Notes: generated by a model from the letters alone, not told the origin. A stretch of 64,000 nt of DNA from Nostoc sp. DedSLP01 (GCA_034530875.2 JAVRCJ020000007.1:160001-224000), one strand, 5' to 3'. Positions 21,938 through 33,898 are shown, numbered from the stretch's first letter. Program-made: numbers and translations.

Positions 21938-23203
21938 CTACTCCCCACTCCCTATTCCCCATTCCCCATCCTCTTTTTCCCCATCGTTGACATACAGAAA
22001 GCGTTCGGCAATGTTTTCATAAAAGCTGGCGTCAAACCAGTAACCCTGATGCCCTTGGTCGCCCCAAGCTGCTTGATATTTCATTTCAACGTTATCGAGA
22101 TTTTCGTAGTAATCCAGGTGACCGCTTATTGGATCTTTAAGATGGTAGTAATTCACCCAACGAACGCGATCGAGTTTGCATTCGACTGGACTTTTGAGGG
22201 AGTATTTATTTTTCTGTGTAAATTGTGGTTTGACGCGGAAGGAGTTGAGGTGTTCTAAAATTCGCTGTCTAATATACTGTCCTTCCTGTGCTACCTCTCG
22301 GAAGAAAAAAGCGATTTTATCTAGTGGCGAACCAAAGGTAATTAATCCTTTAATTTTATCCAGCAATATACTTTGATTCTTGTCTTGAGAAAGACTTGCT
22401 TCCACACATAAAAGGTTTAATGTATCGTAAGCAATACAACTGCCAAGAGAATGCCCAGCTATTATTACTTGGTCGTAATTTGCTCGTTTATCTTTCAGAA
22501 TAGCTTTCAGCAATGTTAAAGATTCTCTGAGTATTTGCTGACGAATTGTTTTGTAGGGCGATTTTTGGTCTGTGATACTGTAAATGGCAATATCACCAAT
22601 AAAATTAACTATGGGTGGAGTTACAAGTTGTTTGCTTAACTGCCAAGCTGATTGGAGAAAACGACCTTGGAGAAATGGCCCTGCAAAGAACAGAATTAAC
22701 CAAACTCCCATTCGTAATACTGGATATAAAAAGTTAAATATCCGCAGTAATATAGTTAGCGATCGCAAGCGGTATAGAAAAAAACCTTTCCTATTTTTGT
22801 TAGCCAAAAGATTGTCTAACAGAGGTTGGTTTTCTTTCCTGTTATAAAATTTGATTGTGCCATTCAGTGTTTGTTCTGCCCATTGCAATATTTCAGATAC
22901 AGTGATTTTTTTTTCTGTATAAGCTGACCAATAGTACTCATGAATATCAATTAGCCAATCTTCATTGCTGTCATTTGGTTGCAATCTGACAAAGCTTTCT
23001 GTCCACAGAGAACCAGTTGATAGTCTGCGCCTAGCAATTAAGTGTTCTAATTGGAAGTTTAAATTTTGTCTATCGAAGTATTGCAGAAAATTATGAGTGA
23101 AAAAGTCTACAGTCTCTAAAGGATTTTGTTCGCCAATACCGTGAATAAATAAAAATGCTGTGCGCCCTTTGAGCAATCTAACCTTTTTTGGATTATCTGT
23201 CAT
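21938..23203 (-). CDS. Alpha/beta-hydrolase-fold hypothetical protein
   Basis: FIHGIGEQ, GHSLG nucleophile elbow, TFGSPL, DPIS, late His. Confidence 0.75.
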   Translation of the reverse strand: MTDNPKKVRLLKGRTAFLFIHGIGEQNPLETVDFFTHNFLQYFDRQNLNFQLEHLIARRRLSTGSLWTESFVRLQPNDSNEDWLIDIHEYYWSAYTEKKITVSEILQWAEQTLNGTIKFYNRKENQPLLDNLLANKNRKGFFLYRLRSLTILLRIFNFLYPVLRMGVWLILFFAGPFLQGRFLQSAWQLSKQLVTPPIVNFIGDIAIYSITDQKSPYKTIRQQILRESLTLLKAILKDKRANYDQVIIAGHSLGSCIAYDTLNLLCVEASLSQDKNQSILLDKIKGLITFGSPLDKIAFFFREVAQEGQYIRQRILEHLNSFRVKPQFTQKNKYSLKSPVECKLDRVRWVNYYHLKDPISGHLDYYENLDNVEMKYQAAWGDQGHQGYWFDASFYENIAERFLYVNDGEKEDGEWGIGSGE

Positions 23204-23734
23204 ATTATAATTACCATTTTGATAGGAATACTTGGGTTATTTTAGCTATGATGACCTAGCTGTTGTTACTCAATAATTAGTGTTATTAGAATTTCCAGTA
23301 AATTAATTTATATATTGTTGATTAATTCTTTTTTACTTTATTACTTTTTTTTGAAATCTCAAAAATAATTAGTTATTTTTTAAACAATTAATTTTCCTTA
23401 ATTTATGCGTAAATTTCAAAAACCGTGCGGCAAAATCCGTCTACTTTCATCATACAGAAGCCTGCCTCAGTATTTACCGTAAATTTTTTGCTGTTCTATT
23501 GATAGTATTAATTTTTATTAAAAAGAAACGACCGCTAATAACTGCTATATTCCTGCGTTTTTATCCTCTAGCAGATGAATTATACCTATCGATAGAATTA
23601 TAAACTAGCTAGCGATAGATACCTACACCGCAGGCGGGATGTCAAAATATCGTTGTTTCATAGCTACACAAAATATTCAAAACACGTACTGTCGAATATA
23701 CAAACATACAATTCTGCAAGATTTTGAGTTTCTT

Positions 23735-25663
23735 ATGGTAAAGACCCCTCCATCCCAATTTTCACCAGATCAGTACACAGTAGATTCACCAGCAGAGAAA
23801 GTTGAAGCTTTAATACAAACACCTCCAACAGATACTGAAATAGATCTAGATTTTCTCTATACTAGGGATATTGAATTTCGTCAAGAGACAATCTACTTTC
23901 TTGTGGTCGATCGCTTTTATGATGGCGATCCAGATAACAGCGAAGGTGCAAACTCAGAACTCTACGATCCAACTAGGCAAGACTGGGGTAAGTACTGGGG
24001 TGGCGACTTGCAAGGCGTAATTGACAAATTGGATTATCTGAAAAACATGGGAGTTACCGCCATTTGGTTAACTCCCTTGTTTGAACAGGTGGAAGAGTTA
24101 TTTGTCGGTAATGCTGCGCTACACGGTTATTGGACAAAAGATTTTAAGCGAATTAATCCTCGGTATATTGCTGACGGAGAAAATCCTTCTTTAAACGCTA
24201 CTCAAGAAGAGAAAAATACCACCTTCGATCGCTTGATTACCGAACTGCACAAGCGCAATATGAAGCTGATATTAGATATTGTCTGCAACCATAGCAGTCC
24301 TGATACCAGCGGTAGTAAAGGTGAATTGTATGATGATGGCGTGAAAATTGCCGACTTCAATGATGATGTCAATCACTGGTATCACCACTATGGCGAAGTG
24401 CAAGACTGGGAAGACGATTGGCAAGTGCAAAACTGTGAATTAGCCGGTTTAGCAACCTTTAATGAAAACAATAGTGATTACCGTCAGTATATCAAGTCAG
24501 CAATTAAACAATGGCTAGACCGGGGCGTGGATGCGCTGCGGGTGGATACAGTCAAACACATGCCAATTTGGTTTTGGCAAGAATTCACCGGGGACATCAC
24601 CAATCACAAACCAGATGTGTTTATTTTTGGTGAGTGGATTTATAGTCATCCTGGTGACGATCGCTCTGTGGAATTTGCCAATCACTCAGGCATGTCCATG
24701 CTAGACTTTGGGCTATGCGTAGCGATTCGGGCAGCACTAGCGCAAGGTTCCGAAAACGGATTCCATACAATTCAATATATTTTCGACCAAGATCATCGCT
24801 ACAGTGGCGCTACAGAGTTGGTCACCTTCATTGATAACCACGATATGCCGCGCTTTCAATCGCTGAACCCCGATCCAGCGATGTTGAGGGTGGCGATCGC
24901 CCTAATTATGACATGTCGCGGTATACCGTGTATTTATTACGGTACAGAACAGTATCTACACAACGACACTGACGGCGGTAACGATCCTTATAATCGCCCG
25001 ATAATGGAAAGTTGGGATACAGATACAGAAATCTATCGTTACATTAGGTTATTATCTGGTTTACGCCGACTCAATCCCGCAGTGTCAATGGGTAGCCACT
25101 GGCAAAAATACTTAACAAATGATGTGTATTGTTACGTCCGCCGCTATCGGGATTCACTGTGTTTTGTAGCTTTAAACCGGGGTGGAGAAGTTACTTTACC
25201 AGAAGTAGAAACAGAATTACCTGATGGCGAACATACCTGTGTAATAACTCGCAACAAGTATGAAGTCAAAGACGGTAAAATCTACGACTTAGTACTCGAA
25301 GAACGAGGAGTAGTTGTTTTCAGCCACGTAGGAGAAAGGATTAAAGGGCAAACCATAGTCCGCGTCCAGCTTAATGGCGTGCAAACTCAACCTGGTGAAA
25401 TCATTGTTGTGACTGGAGATTGCCCAGAGTTAGGTAACTGGGATATCAGCAAAGCGTATCCCTTGGAATACATCAATACTAATACTTGGTTTGCGGAGAT
25501 TCCCTTTAATGAAAGTGCAGGTAAGCTGATTGCTTATAAATATGCTATGTGGCGGGAAGGACAATCGCCCCTACGGGAAAATCTCGTTAACCGCCGCTGG
25601 GTGATTGCCAAAGAAGGTACCGTAAAATGGCGTGATACCTGGGCTTCCGGGCGGGAATCGTAG
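23735..25663 (+). CDS. GH13 alpha-amylase / cyclomaltodextrin glucanotransferase-like enzyme with C-terminal CBM20
   Basis: DRFYDGD, GGDLQG, HGYW, RVDTVKH, FGEW, FIDNHD; starch-binding GDCPELGNW. Confidence 0.92.
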   Translation: MVKTPPSQFSPDQYTVDSPAEKVEALIQTPPTDTEIDLDFLYTRDIEFRQETIYFLVVDRFYDGDPDNSEGANSELYDPTRQDWGKYWGGDLQGVIDKLDYLKNMGVTAIWLTPLFEQVEELFVGNAALHGYWTKDFKRINPRYIADGENPSLNATQEEKNTTFDRLITELHKRNMKLILDIVCNHSSPDTSGSKGELYDDGVKIADFNDDVNHWYHHYGEVQDWEDDWQVQNCELAGLATFNENNSDYRQYIKSAIKQWLDRGVDALRVDTVKHMPIWFWQEFTGDITNHKPDVFIFGEWIYSHPGDDRSVEFANHSGMSMLDFGLCVAIRAALAQGSENGFHTIQYIFDQDHRYSGATELVTFIDNHDMPRFQSLNPDPAMLRVAIALIMTCRGIPCIYYGTEQYLHNDTDGGNDPYNRPIMESWDTDTEIYRYIRLLSGLRRLNPAVSMGSHWQKYLTNDVYCYVRRYRDSLCFVALNRGGEVTLPEVETELPDGEHTCVITRNKYEVKDGKIYDLVLEERGVVVFSHVGERIKGQTIVRVQLNGVQTQPGEIIVVTGDCPELGNWDISKAYPLEYINTNTWFAEIPFNESAGKLIAYKYAMWREGQSPLRENLVNRRWVIAKEGTVKWRDTWASGRES

Positions 25664-25892
25664 AATAGGAGCAAAACCCTTCGGGAAGGGAAAAGGGAAA
25701 AGGTGAAAGGGAAAAGGAGGGATCTTGCCTTTGCCCCTTGCCCTTTGCCCTTTGCCCCTCTGCTCCTCGCTTGGTCTAGAACCAGAAGCTTAAGATTTTG
25801 GTATGAATTAGGAATTGAAAATGGCTGGTGTAAAATTGTCATTTGTGGCCTAATTTCTTTAGACACATTTACTGCTACCAGGTGCGATCGCG

Positions 25893-27053
25893 ATGACAAA
25901 TAGACCTCCTTACGAACCTGAGTCATCCCCAAAAAATGCCCTTGGCTTTGATGAATTTATAGCCATTCTGGTTGCCTTCGCTACTATCGGAGCAATTCTT
26001 TTTTGGTCGCTCTCCCGCAGAGATTCGAGTTGGAATTTCAACAGTTTGCTCTCGCTTTCCTCCACTTTGTCTGGTAGCGTGCAACCAAATCAAGTATTAC
26101 CCTCTCCTACTCGCAAAGTAGAATCAAATCCAGTCTCAAAATTAAACTCATCTCCACCTGAAACTATTGAACCTAAGACATCCTCATTGCCGACTAATAA
26201 CGCAACTCCTTTCCCTGAAGTATTACCACCTCCTGAGGTAACTCCGACTCAATCCCCCAAACCACAGACATCTGTACCCTCTTCAGTAGAGCTTGACTCA
26301 GCAATTAAAGCGTCAGCTTTGCCTTTAGTTACTCCAGCAAAACAGAAATCTATTATTCCACCGCCAATTGCATTTAACGATGTGCCTAATAACTTCTGGG
26401 GTCGGCGTTTTATAGATGTTCTTTCTTCTCGTAATATTCTCAAGGGGTTTCCTGATTATTCTTTTAGACCAAATGAGCCTGTAAACCGGGCTGAATTTGC
26501 TGCCATCCTGCAAAAAGCCTTTGACAAAGAATTGTCTAAAAGTGCGATCGCATTTCAAGATGTACCAGCAAAATTTTGGGCAAATTCAGCAATTAACCAA
26601 GCCATCAGTAGCGGATTTCTCAAAGGCTACCCACAAAAAACCTTCAAACCACAACAAAATATTTCACGAGCGCAAGTTTTAGTTGCCCTTGCTAGTGGTT
26701 TAAATTTAAAAACACCTACTTCGCCCAATCAGATTTTAAGTATTTATCAAGATGCTAAAGATATTCCCCCTTATGCTGCCAGTAAAATAGCTGCTGCTAC
26801 AACCAATGGACTTGTAGTTAACTATCCAAACCCACAAATACTTGCTCCTAATAAAGTAGCGACTCGTGCTGAAGTGGCCGCAATGATTCATCAAGCTTTA
26901 GTTAAGCAAGGCAAATTGAAGGCAATTTCATCTGAAAACATTGTCCGTAGGCGTAGCCCAACCCAGCCATCGCCTAATATATCTCCACAACCTGCCCAAA
27001 CTCCAAAACAGAAGCCAAAGGTTAATCGATCGGTAGGCGGTTCATCTCAATAA
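25893..27053 (+). CDS. S-layer homology (SLH) domain protein
   Basis: N-terminal TM, Pro/Ser-rich linker, three SLH repeats (FNDVP..FW, GFPDYSFRP, RAEFA, TRAEVAA). Confidence 0.9.
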   Translation: MTNRPPYEPESSPKNALGFDEFIAILVAFATIGAILFWSLSRRDSSWNFNSLLSLSSTLSGSVQPNQVLPSPTRKVESNPVSKLNSSPPETIEPKTSSLPTNNATPFPEVLPPPEVTPTQSPKPQTSVPSSVELDSAIKASALPLVTPAKQKSIIPPPIAFNDVPNNFWGRRFIDVLSSRNILKGFPDYSFRPNEPVNRAEFAAILQKAFDKELSKSAIAFQDVPAKFWANSAINQAISSGFLKGYPQKTFKPQQNISRAQVLVALASGLNLKTPTSPNQILSIYQDAKDIPPYAASKIAAATTNGLVVNYPNPQILAPNKVATRAEVAAMIHQALVKQGKLKAISSENIVRRRSPTQPSPNISPQPAQTPKQKPKVNRSVGGSSQ

Positions 27054-27140
27054 ACTAGCATTTTCAATTTGAGATTATCAGATTTTAGGCGTTGCTGATT
27101 TCATGTATAAAAACGATTGTGCATGATATCAAAATCGTTG

Positions 27141-27167
27141 TAGAGACGTTGCATTGCAACGTCTCTA
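27141..27167. repeat. REP-like palindrome
   Basis: TAGAGACGTTGCA-T-TGCAACGTCTCTA perfect inverted repeat; related palindromes at 47362-47387 and 57430-57454. Confidence 0.8.
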
Positions 27168-27179
27168 AGTGTGTATTAC

Positions 27180-27900
27180 TTATTTTTCTATTGTGACTAA
27201 TTTCATCATTCCTTGATCTTCATGGTCTAGGATATGGCAGTGCAAGACGAATTTACCATTAAATTCCGTTGGAAACTTGTATCGCAGTTGACCCATGATG
27301 ATGGGCATGATACCAATGAGTGCCAGCTGGATGGCGTAATGGTAATTCAATTTCAATCGGGTAGGAAGGGTCTGGATCTCCCTCATTTTTGTTGGGTTCC
27401 ATTTCCCTCAATATATTGTCAGCACGATCGCTGCGGGAAACGTGAAATCCGTGAGTATGGAAATTAGTAGTATTAAAGTCGTGTGGAGTATTAGAAGAGC
27501 CTGTGTGTTCTGGCTGTGGTGGGAGACTGTTGACTAAAGCGATCTTCATGCGATCGCTTGGCTTGACACGCAGCGTCGGCCCCACTAAGTTGCCATTGTA
27601 GGAACGAAGATGTACTGGGCATCCGGCAATTACGTTATCGCCATATTTGACTTCTAATGGAGTTTCCAACACACCATCTTGAGATAAAATCTCCGTTGGA
27701 TTCTGAAGGTCAGCACCACCATACTTGTTAATATCAATCGTCTCTTTAGCACAAGCATTCAAATTAGCAGCATTATCTACTTGCTGTGCAATCTCTAAAG
27801 AAGCTGCGTATGAAGCGGGTGATACTGTAACTAAAAGTACTATTGTTACAGCTATTACACAGAATATATTAAAGATGCGTTTTCGCATTATGGTACTCAA
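27180..27900 (-). pseudogene. Multicopper oxidase with large internal deletion and frameshift
   Basis: Signal peptide, TNFHTHGFH and HWYHAHHHGST (Cu sites of domain 1) join, out of frame, directly to the terminal FVLHCHILDHEDQGMM. Confidence 0.85.
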
Positions 27901-28115
27901 TTAATGATGTTGAACCTGAATTTACTAAGTTGCAGCCAAAAACATCTATCTTAAGAAAGACAGCAATTAACTTGACAAACTCTAGCAATTTTAGGTGCGG
28001 ATCGGGATTAACTGTAAATAGCTACAACAGGTTATTAATACTACTTAATTTTTGTGGAGAAATAAAAATATAGCGTTTCCAACTGGGTAGAGAAATTTTT
28101 AGGGGCGCATAGCTA

Positions 28116-28307
28116 TCACCTGTGTCAACTTAACGCGAAATCTTTGCTATGACCTAGTTTTGAATTCACTCATTCAATATCACGATCTGCGTCACCCCAC
28201 CCCGGTTTTGTCTAAAGCCAAAACCTCCCCTCCCCTTGGCAAGGGGAAGGGTTGGGGTGGGGTAAAATGATTGTGGGGCAAGAGTTTGAGCTTAAGTTGA
28301 CACCAAT
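28116..28307. mobile_element. MITE-like element with terminal inverted repeats
   Basis: GTGTCAACTTAA (28122-28133) / TTAAGTTGACAC (28292-28303), internal GC-rich palindrome, flanked by GCATAGCTA/GCGTAGCTA. Confidence 0.7.
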
Positions 28308-28706
28308 GCGTAGCTATTTGCCCCTACCTCTTATGTCACAAAAGCGAGAAATTTTATAAATGCTGGTTGCAATTAAATATAAGGGTGCGTTCAATTACCG
28401 TTTTTATATGCTTAGTAAAAGCGATCGCTTTGCAGGAATATGTTTATTATTTTATAAGCGAAAAATTAGCAAGATATTCAACTATTAGCTTAGAAATTCA
28501 CAAAAATATTTTTAATATTGAGAAAAATCTGAGTCTCGGTTTTTGATAATTCAACAGATTAGGTTGACTGAAATCGAAAACTTTTAAAATGGGAGACGCT
28601 ACGCCTAGCGAAATCCCTACTGGTATGGCGCACACTCAGAACAGGATGTGATTTTGAATTAGAGCATTAGCGTAGCGTCTTTGCACAAGAAGCGAGAATT
28701 TAGATA

Positions 28707-29141
28707 TTAAGCTTCTGGAATTTTACCGACAACTTGTGATTTAAGAGTAGTGATTTCACTAGTTAACTCTTTCCTAGTTGAGGCTTTGAGTAAATAGCGG
28801 TAAACAAACCAAACAGAGTAACCAATACCAATCAACTCAAAAGTAGGAGCAACCAAGGGAATATCATTTAAAGCATCTAATACTGCCAAGAGTACTTTAA
28901 CGCCAACAATCGCTCCAACAATTAAACCAACGCTAACCAGGGGCTGCTTATATTGATTAAAGAAGTTCCCCACGTATTCGGGTAACGATGCTAAAAAGCT
29001 AGAAACTTGCTCTCCATACTTTATCCATTCCTCTTGGGGCTGCGCGGGAGGCTGGATTTTGGTAATAGTGCCAGTTTGGCTGTTAATTTCTGGCACTGTA
29101 GCATCTTTGGATGTGGTTTGCGTAAAATCTTGTTCTGCCAT
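28707..29141 (-). CDS. CAAD domain protein (CurT/CURT1-like thylakoid membrane protein)
   Basis: LDALNDIPLVAPTFELIGIGYSVWFVYRYLL..STRKEL; AGGAG upstream of ATG 29141. Confidence 0.88.
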   Translation of the reverse strand: MAEQDFTQTTSKDATVPEINSQTGTITKIQPPAQPQEEWIKYGEQVSSFLASLPEYVGNFFNQYKQPLVSVGLIVGAIVGVKVLLAVLDALNDIPLVAPTFELIGIGYSVWFVYRYLLKASTRKELTSEITTLKSQVVGKIPEA

Positions 29142-29936
29142 TTTCACTCCTATAAACTTTGACAGTTGAGTTTTTCTAATCTAGATAATTACAACTAAAA
29201 GACTGTTGATTAGGTAATGCACGAGTCCCCCACTAAAATTGGGTCAAAGGCACAAAACGTTTATAGTATCCTATAACCATAATTGCCCCGAATCTCTACT
29301 GCATCAACTCCAAGGTAGAGAGCCAGTAGGAGGATAGAACTCAAAAGGCAGCAGAATATATGACGATTTGGTTCCCTCAGTTGGATTTTTGTCATTAACT
29401 ACAGTCCTTTGGTTGTAAATTATCCGATTCCGTGTCATTTGCTCATAATCGTACTAAATCTAAGTACAAAATATGCAAAAATTAATCCACCTTTCATTTA
29501 TATAAGCTTAAAAGCTGATTTTGCACGATATTAAAGCTATTTTAAGGCGGGCTGGCTAATAAATGCATTGGTATTGATATTAATACGTAATATCAGTTTT
29601 TCTGTGTTTACCTATACTTGACTTTAAAACATTTTTATGATATGAGGCATGGGGCAGAGTAGAGGGGCTGGGGACTGGTGGCTGGAGAGATGGGGAGTGT
29701 GGAGAGTGTGGGGAGTGTGGGGAGAAAGAGAATTTATGCCCCCCTCTCTTCCCACACCTCCCACACTTCTCAATGCCCCATGCCCAATAGTCTATAAGCT
29801 TATCCTAATTATTTAGCCAGTATTGATTTGCTCTTGCTATAAAAGAGGATAATCTAGATGTTAATCACTAGTTAAAGTGTTTGCACAAGCTAGACTGATT
29901 TGGTGATGTTTGCGGGAAGGCAAGGAGGTTTGAGAA

Positions 29937-31661
29937 ATGCCGACTCAAAAGCCAACCCCTATTGACAGCAGTTCAGAAAGCAAAGAAGTGTCAGCGTCAG
30001 ACCCATTGACAGACGAACTCCCAACCATAGAATTTCCCTCACGAGGGAAACTCAAAGCCAGTTCATGGCGCATTCATCAAAAAATCGGCTATGGCTACTT
30101 TGTGGCTATTGGAATTGGCTTTTTTGGTTCGCTGACAGGGTTGGTAATTGCCAACTATTACCGAGGAAAGGAAGTCAGGCAATTAAATCAGGCCCACGAA
30201 CAAGGACAGCTACTGAGTAATTATAAGGATGCAGTAGTAGGGGCACAATTGCATAGTTCTAACTTGGTTGCTGTGTTAGAAAATCCACAACAGTTGGAAA
30301 GCAAAAAAGCTGATTTCCTCAAAAGTTTTGAAAAAGCCAAGCACCTAGAGTCAAAAATTAACGGCTTTATTGAGAGTAAACCTCGAAGGTTAGCTGCAAC
30401 AAGTTCTACTTTACAGACGTTATTGCAGGATTACAAAATTAATTTAAAAGCTTACGCTGACCAAATTGAGGGAGTTTTAAAGAAAATTGATTCCCAGCCA
30501 GTACAGCCTGAAAAGATTTCGTCAGTACGATCGCAATTATTAACGATCATGCGTAGCCAAACAGCTATGCAGCTAGAGCAGCTTTCGCAAAATTTGACTA
30601 ATATCCTGCAAACTGCTGAAGTTCAAGAGCAAGAAAGGCAAAAAGCTGTTGAGCAGGCAAGAATAGTTGAGCGATTCATTGTGATTGTGAGTATGCTGGT
30701 TTCGGTGGCGATCGCAGCTATTATAGCTTGGCGGACTAGTAGAGCGATCGCTGAGCCAGTAATCGTTGTCACCCAAGTAGCCGAACAAGTGGCGAGGAAA
30801 TCTAATTTCGATTTGCGAGCTCCCATCACCACTGAAGATGAAATTGGTTTACTCGCCAAATCTCTGAACCGTTTGATTGAGGCAGTTTCTGAGCGCACAA
30901 AAGAACTACAACAAGCTAAAGAATTAGCCGAAGCAGCTAGCAACGCAAAAAGCACTTTTTTGGCAAATGTCAGCCATGAATTACGCACACCCTTAAATGC
31001 CGTAATTGGCTTGAGCCAACTTCTAGAAGACGACGCTACAGATCTTGGTTTATCGGCAGACTTTATCACAGACTTAGAAACAATTAACTCTGCTGGCAAA
31101 CATCTACTGCACTTAATTAACGAAATCCTCGACTTGTCAAAAATTGAAGCGGGGAAAATGACTCTCTATCCAGAGACATTCGAGATTGCGATGCTGATTC
31201 ATAATGTTGTCCTGACAGTCAAACCAACTATAGAAAAAAATGCCAATATTTTAGAAGTGGATTTAGACGATGGACTTGGCACGATGTACGCCGATCAAAC
31301 TCGGATGCGCCAGGTGTTATTAAATTTGCTCAGTAATGCTGGTAAATTTACAACAAACGGCAAGGTGACTCTGACAGTTAAAAGAGAAAAGGACGACTAT
31401 AAACCAGAAGCTCCTTTAGGAAGTATTACTTTTACTGTTAGCGACACAGGTATAGGTATGTCCGAGCGTCAAAAGCAGCACTTATTTCAACCTTTTACCC
31501 AAGGGGATACATCGACTACAAAAAGATACGGCGGTACGGGGCTGGGTTTGGCAATTAGCCGTCACTTTTGCCAGATGATGGGCGGTGAAATTATTGTCAG
31601 CAGTCAGCCGGGAGTTGGTTCGACTTTCACGATTCGTCTGCCAATGACTGTGCAGGAATAA
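29937..31661 (+). CDS. Membrane HAMP-domain sensor histidine kinase
   Basis: [36 protein letters not shown]. Confidence 0.95.
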   Translation: MPTQKPTPIDSSSESKEVSASDPLTDELPTIEFPSRGKLKASSWRIHQKIGYGYFVAIGIGFFGSLTGLVIANYYRGKEVRQLNQAHEQGQLLSNYKDAVVGAQLHSSNLVAVLENPQQLESKKADFLKSFEKAKHLESKINGFIESKPRRLAATSSTLQTLLQDYKINLKAYADQIEGVLKKIDSQPVQPEKISSVRSQLLTIMRSQTAMQLEQLSQNLTNILQTAEVQEQERQKAVEQARIVERFIVIVSMLVSVAIAAIIAWRTSRAIAEPVIVVTQVAEQVARKSNFDLRAPITTEDEIGLLAKSLNRLIEAVSERTKELQQAKELAEAASNAKSTFLANVSHELRTPLNAVIGLSQLLEDDATDLGLSADFITDLETINSAGKHLLHLINEILDLSKIEAGKMTLYPETFEIAMLIHNVVLTVKPTIEKNANILEVDLDDGLGTMYADQTRMRQVLLNLLSNAGKFTTNGKVTLTVKREKDDYKPEAPLGSITFTVSDTGIGMSERQKQHLFQPFTQGDTSTTKRYGGTGLGLAISRHFCQMMGGEIIVSSQPGVGSTFTIRLPMTVQE

Positions 31662-31816
31662 ACTGGGTGAAAGTGCGATGGGGAGATGGGGAGGTGTGGG
31701 AGGTGTGGGAGGTGTGGGAGGTGTGAGAAGTGTGGGAAGCATAAATTCTTTTTCTCGCTTCACTTCCCCCATCTCCCCACACTCCCTGCTTGCCCTATGG
31801 GCCATAGCTAAATTGA

Positions 31817-33898
31817 TTACGAATTAGGTTCGCCAACTAAGACAATTGAACATTTCAATTCTTGAATTATCTGGGTTGTGACTTGGCTAACGGAGAGTCC
31901 GCCGGCTGTGCGATAACGGACAGAACGTAACACGACTAAATCAAAAGCTTGAGCTTGGCGAATTACTGCTTTTGCAACATCATCACCCTTGACGGTTTGA
32001 ATATTGGTATTTACCTGTAACTGGCTTTTAGAGGCGATATCAGACAATTGAGAGACAAACCTTTCCACTAGATTTGGGCGGGCGTTGCGATCGCAAACGT
32101 GTAACAATACAACTTCTGCCTGATTTACGTCAGCCAAAATCTGGGCAAACCGTAAAGCGCCTATGGTTTGGCGTGTTAAATCTCCAACTGGTACGAGAAT
32201 TTTGCGGATTGTCTTGGGACTGCTCAAAAGGCGCGTCACTGCTACCGGACAATGAGAAGACCAAAAGACACTATCAATTACGCTACCAAATAAACGAGCG
32301 CGTAAACCTGTTGTCCGCGACCAACCCATCACCACCAAATTAGCGTTTTGTTCTCGACTAGTGCGGCTAATTGCCAAAGCCACATCATCATCAATGCGAT
32401 TTGTAGGTGAGACTTCTACATCAAATTCTTGACTAATTTCTTTAGCTAAATTCAACCTTTGCCGACTTTGTTCGAGTCCCGTTACTAATTGCGGATCGTC
32501 CATTTGGATATGCGCTCTGGTAATAGCTAATGGTACAATCCTGCCAGATTCATGACTAGCTAACAATGCTGCCATTTCTATCAAATAGCGCTGGGTTTGA
32601 GGGTTGTATATTGGCACTACAACAGTAAATAAATCTTCCCTTTTTTCTATTAACTCATCTTCACTACTTCCCCACCAAGTAGCCAGACTATCTGTTTGAA
32701 AATCTGTCTCTTGCACCTGTAAGTAAGAAGCAAATCTTGCTGTGATTACCGGGCCTAATATTGCAGTCACCAGCATGAGGACAATCACGCTGTTTAACAC
32801 ACCTTCATTAATTAGCCTTTCCCCCGCAGAATTCATGCTTTGATAAGCTACCAAAGTTGCTGCTAGTGTAGCTGCAACCTGTGGGAGCGACAACGACCAC
32901 ATCGTTAACAATTCAGCCGTATTGTAGCGGTACAACAGTTTGGCTAAGAATGCGGCGATAAATTTGCTGCCAATCAAAGCTACTACAATTGCCACAGTCA
33001 GCCAAATTGAACTGAGAGTTTTAATAAATGCGGGAATATTAATCAATAATCCCATGTCCACAAAGAAACAAGGGATAAATAAAACACTGCCAATAAACTC
33101 AATTTTCTCTTTGACTGGGCTACGTCCCAGAACATCGTTGACAGCTAGACCTGCTAAAAAAGCACCAACAATTTTTTCAACTCCAATAATTTGCGCTCCT
33201 ACAGAGGCCAAAAATAATGCCAGTAATATGAATAAAAATTGGTTGCTTTGTTCGTCTCCAGAACGGCGAAAAAATTCTTTTCCTGCCCAGTCAAAGCCAA
33301 ACAAGACAACGACAGAGTAAATTGCTAATCCACCTAACAACATCGCTAAACTCAAGGCAGAGAATTCTCCTCCATGAATTCCCACACAAATTGCTAGTAC
33401 CAGCAAAGCACCTGTATCAGTAAAAATTGTCGCTCCAATTGTCACTGTTACAGCTTCATTTGTTACCACACCTAAACGGCTGACAATCGGATATGCCAAG
33501 AGAGTATGGGAAGCCAGCAAAGAACCAATTAAAACTGAAGAATTCCAACTAAAATTGAATAAGCGTCCCGTAATAATACCAGCAATTAATGGAACTAAAA
33601 ATGTAAATGCGCCAAACCCCATCGAGCGATTTTTAGTTTTTTTGAATTGCTCTAAGTCAATCTCTAAACCTGCTACGAACATTAAATAAAGTTTACCGAT
33701 TTCTGAAAGCAGTTTAATAGTTTCAGACTCGGAGTTTAACAACTTTAGTCCATTTTCTCCTAGTATTATACCTGCAAATAACAATCCTACTAAGCCAGGA
33801 AGTCGCAAACGCTCAAATATAGGGGGTACAGTAAAGATTACTATCAGCAGAATCGTAAACGCAACGATTGGACTGTCTTTTAGTAAGTCTTGTATCAT
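31817..33898 (-). CDS. Cation:proton antiporter (CPA2/Kef type) with C-terminal universal stress domains
   Basis: LMFVAGLE, many TM helices, C-terminal FGSVIDSV..CPV USP-like region. Confidence 0.9.
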   Translation of the reverse strand: MIQDLLKDSPIVAFTILLIVIFTVPPIFERLRLPGLVGLLFAGIILGENGLKLLNSESETIKLLSEIGKLYLMFVAGLEIDLEQFKKTKNRSMGFGAFTFLVPLIAGIITGRLFNFSWNSSVLIGSLLASHTLLAYPIVSRLGVVTNEAVTVTIGATIFTDTGALLVLAICVGIHGGEFSALSLAMLLGGLAIYSVVVLFGFDWAGKEFFRRSGDEQSNQFLFILLALFLASVGAQIIGVEKIVGAFLAGLAVNDVLGRSPVKEKIEFIGSVLFIPCFFVDMGLLINIPAFIKTLSSIWLTVAIVVALIGSKFIAAFLAKLLYRYNTAELLTMWSLSLPQVAATLAATLVAYQSMNSAGERLINEGVLNSVIVLMLVTAILGPVITARFASYLQVQETDFQTDSLATWWGSSEDELIEKREDLFTVVVPIYNPQTQRYLIEMAALLASHESGRIVPLAITRAHIQMDDPQLVTGLEQSRQRLNLAKEISQEFDVEVSPTNRIDDDVALAISRTSREQNANLVVMGWSRTTGLRARLFGSVIDSVFWSSHCPVAVTRLLSSPKTIRKILVPVGDLTRQTIGALRFAQILADVNQAEVVLLHVCDRNARPNLVERFVSQLSDIASKSQLQVNTNIQTVKGDDVAKAVIRQAQAFDLVVLRSVRYRTAGGLSVSQVTTQIIQELKCSIVLVGEPNS

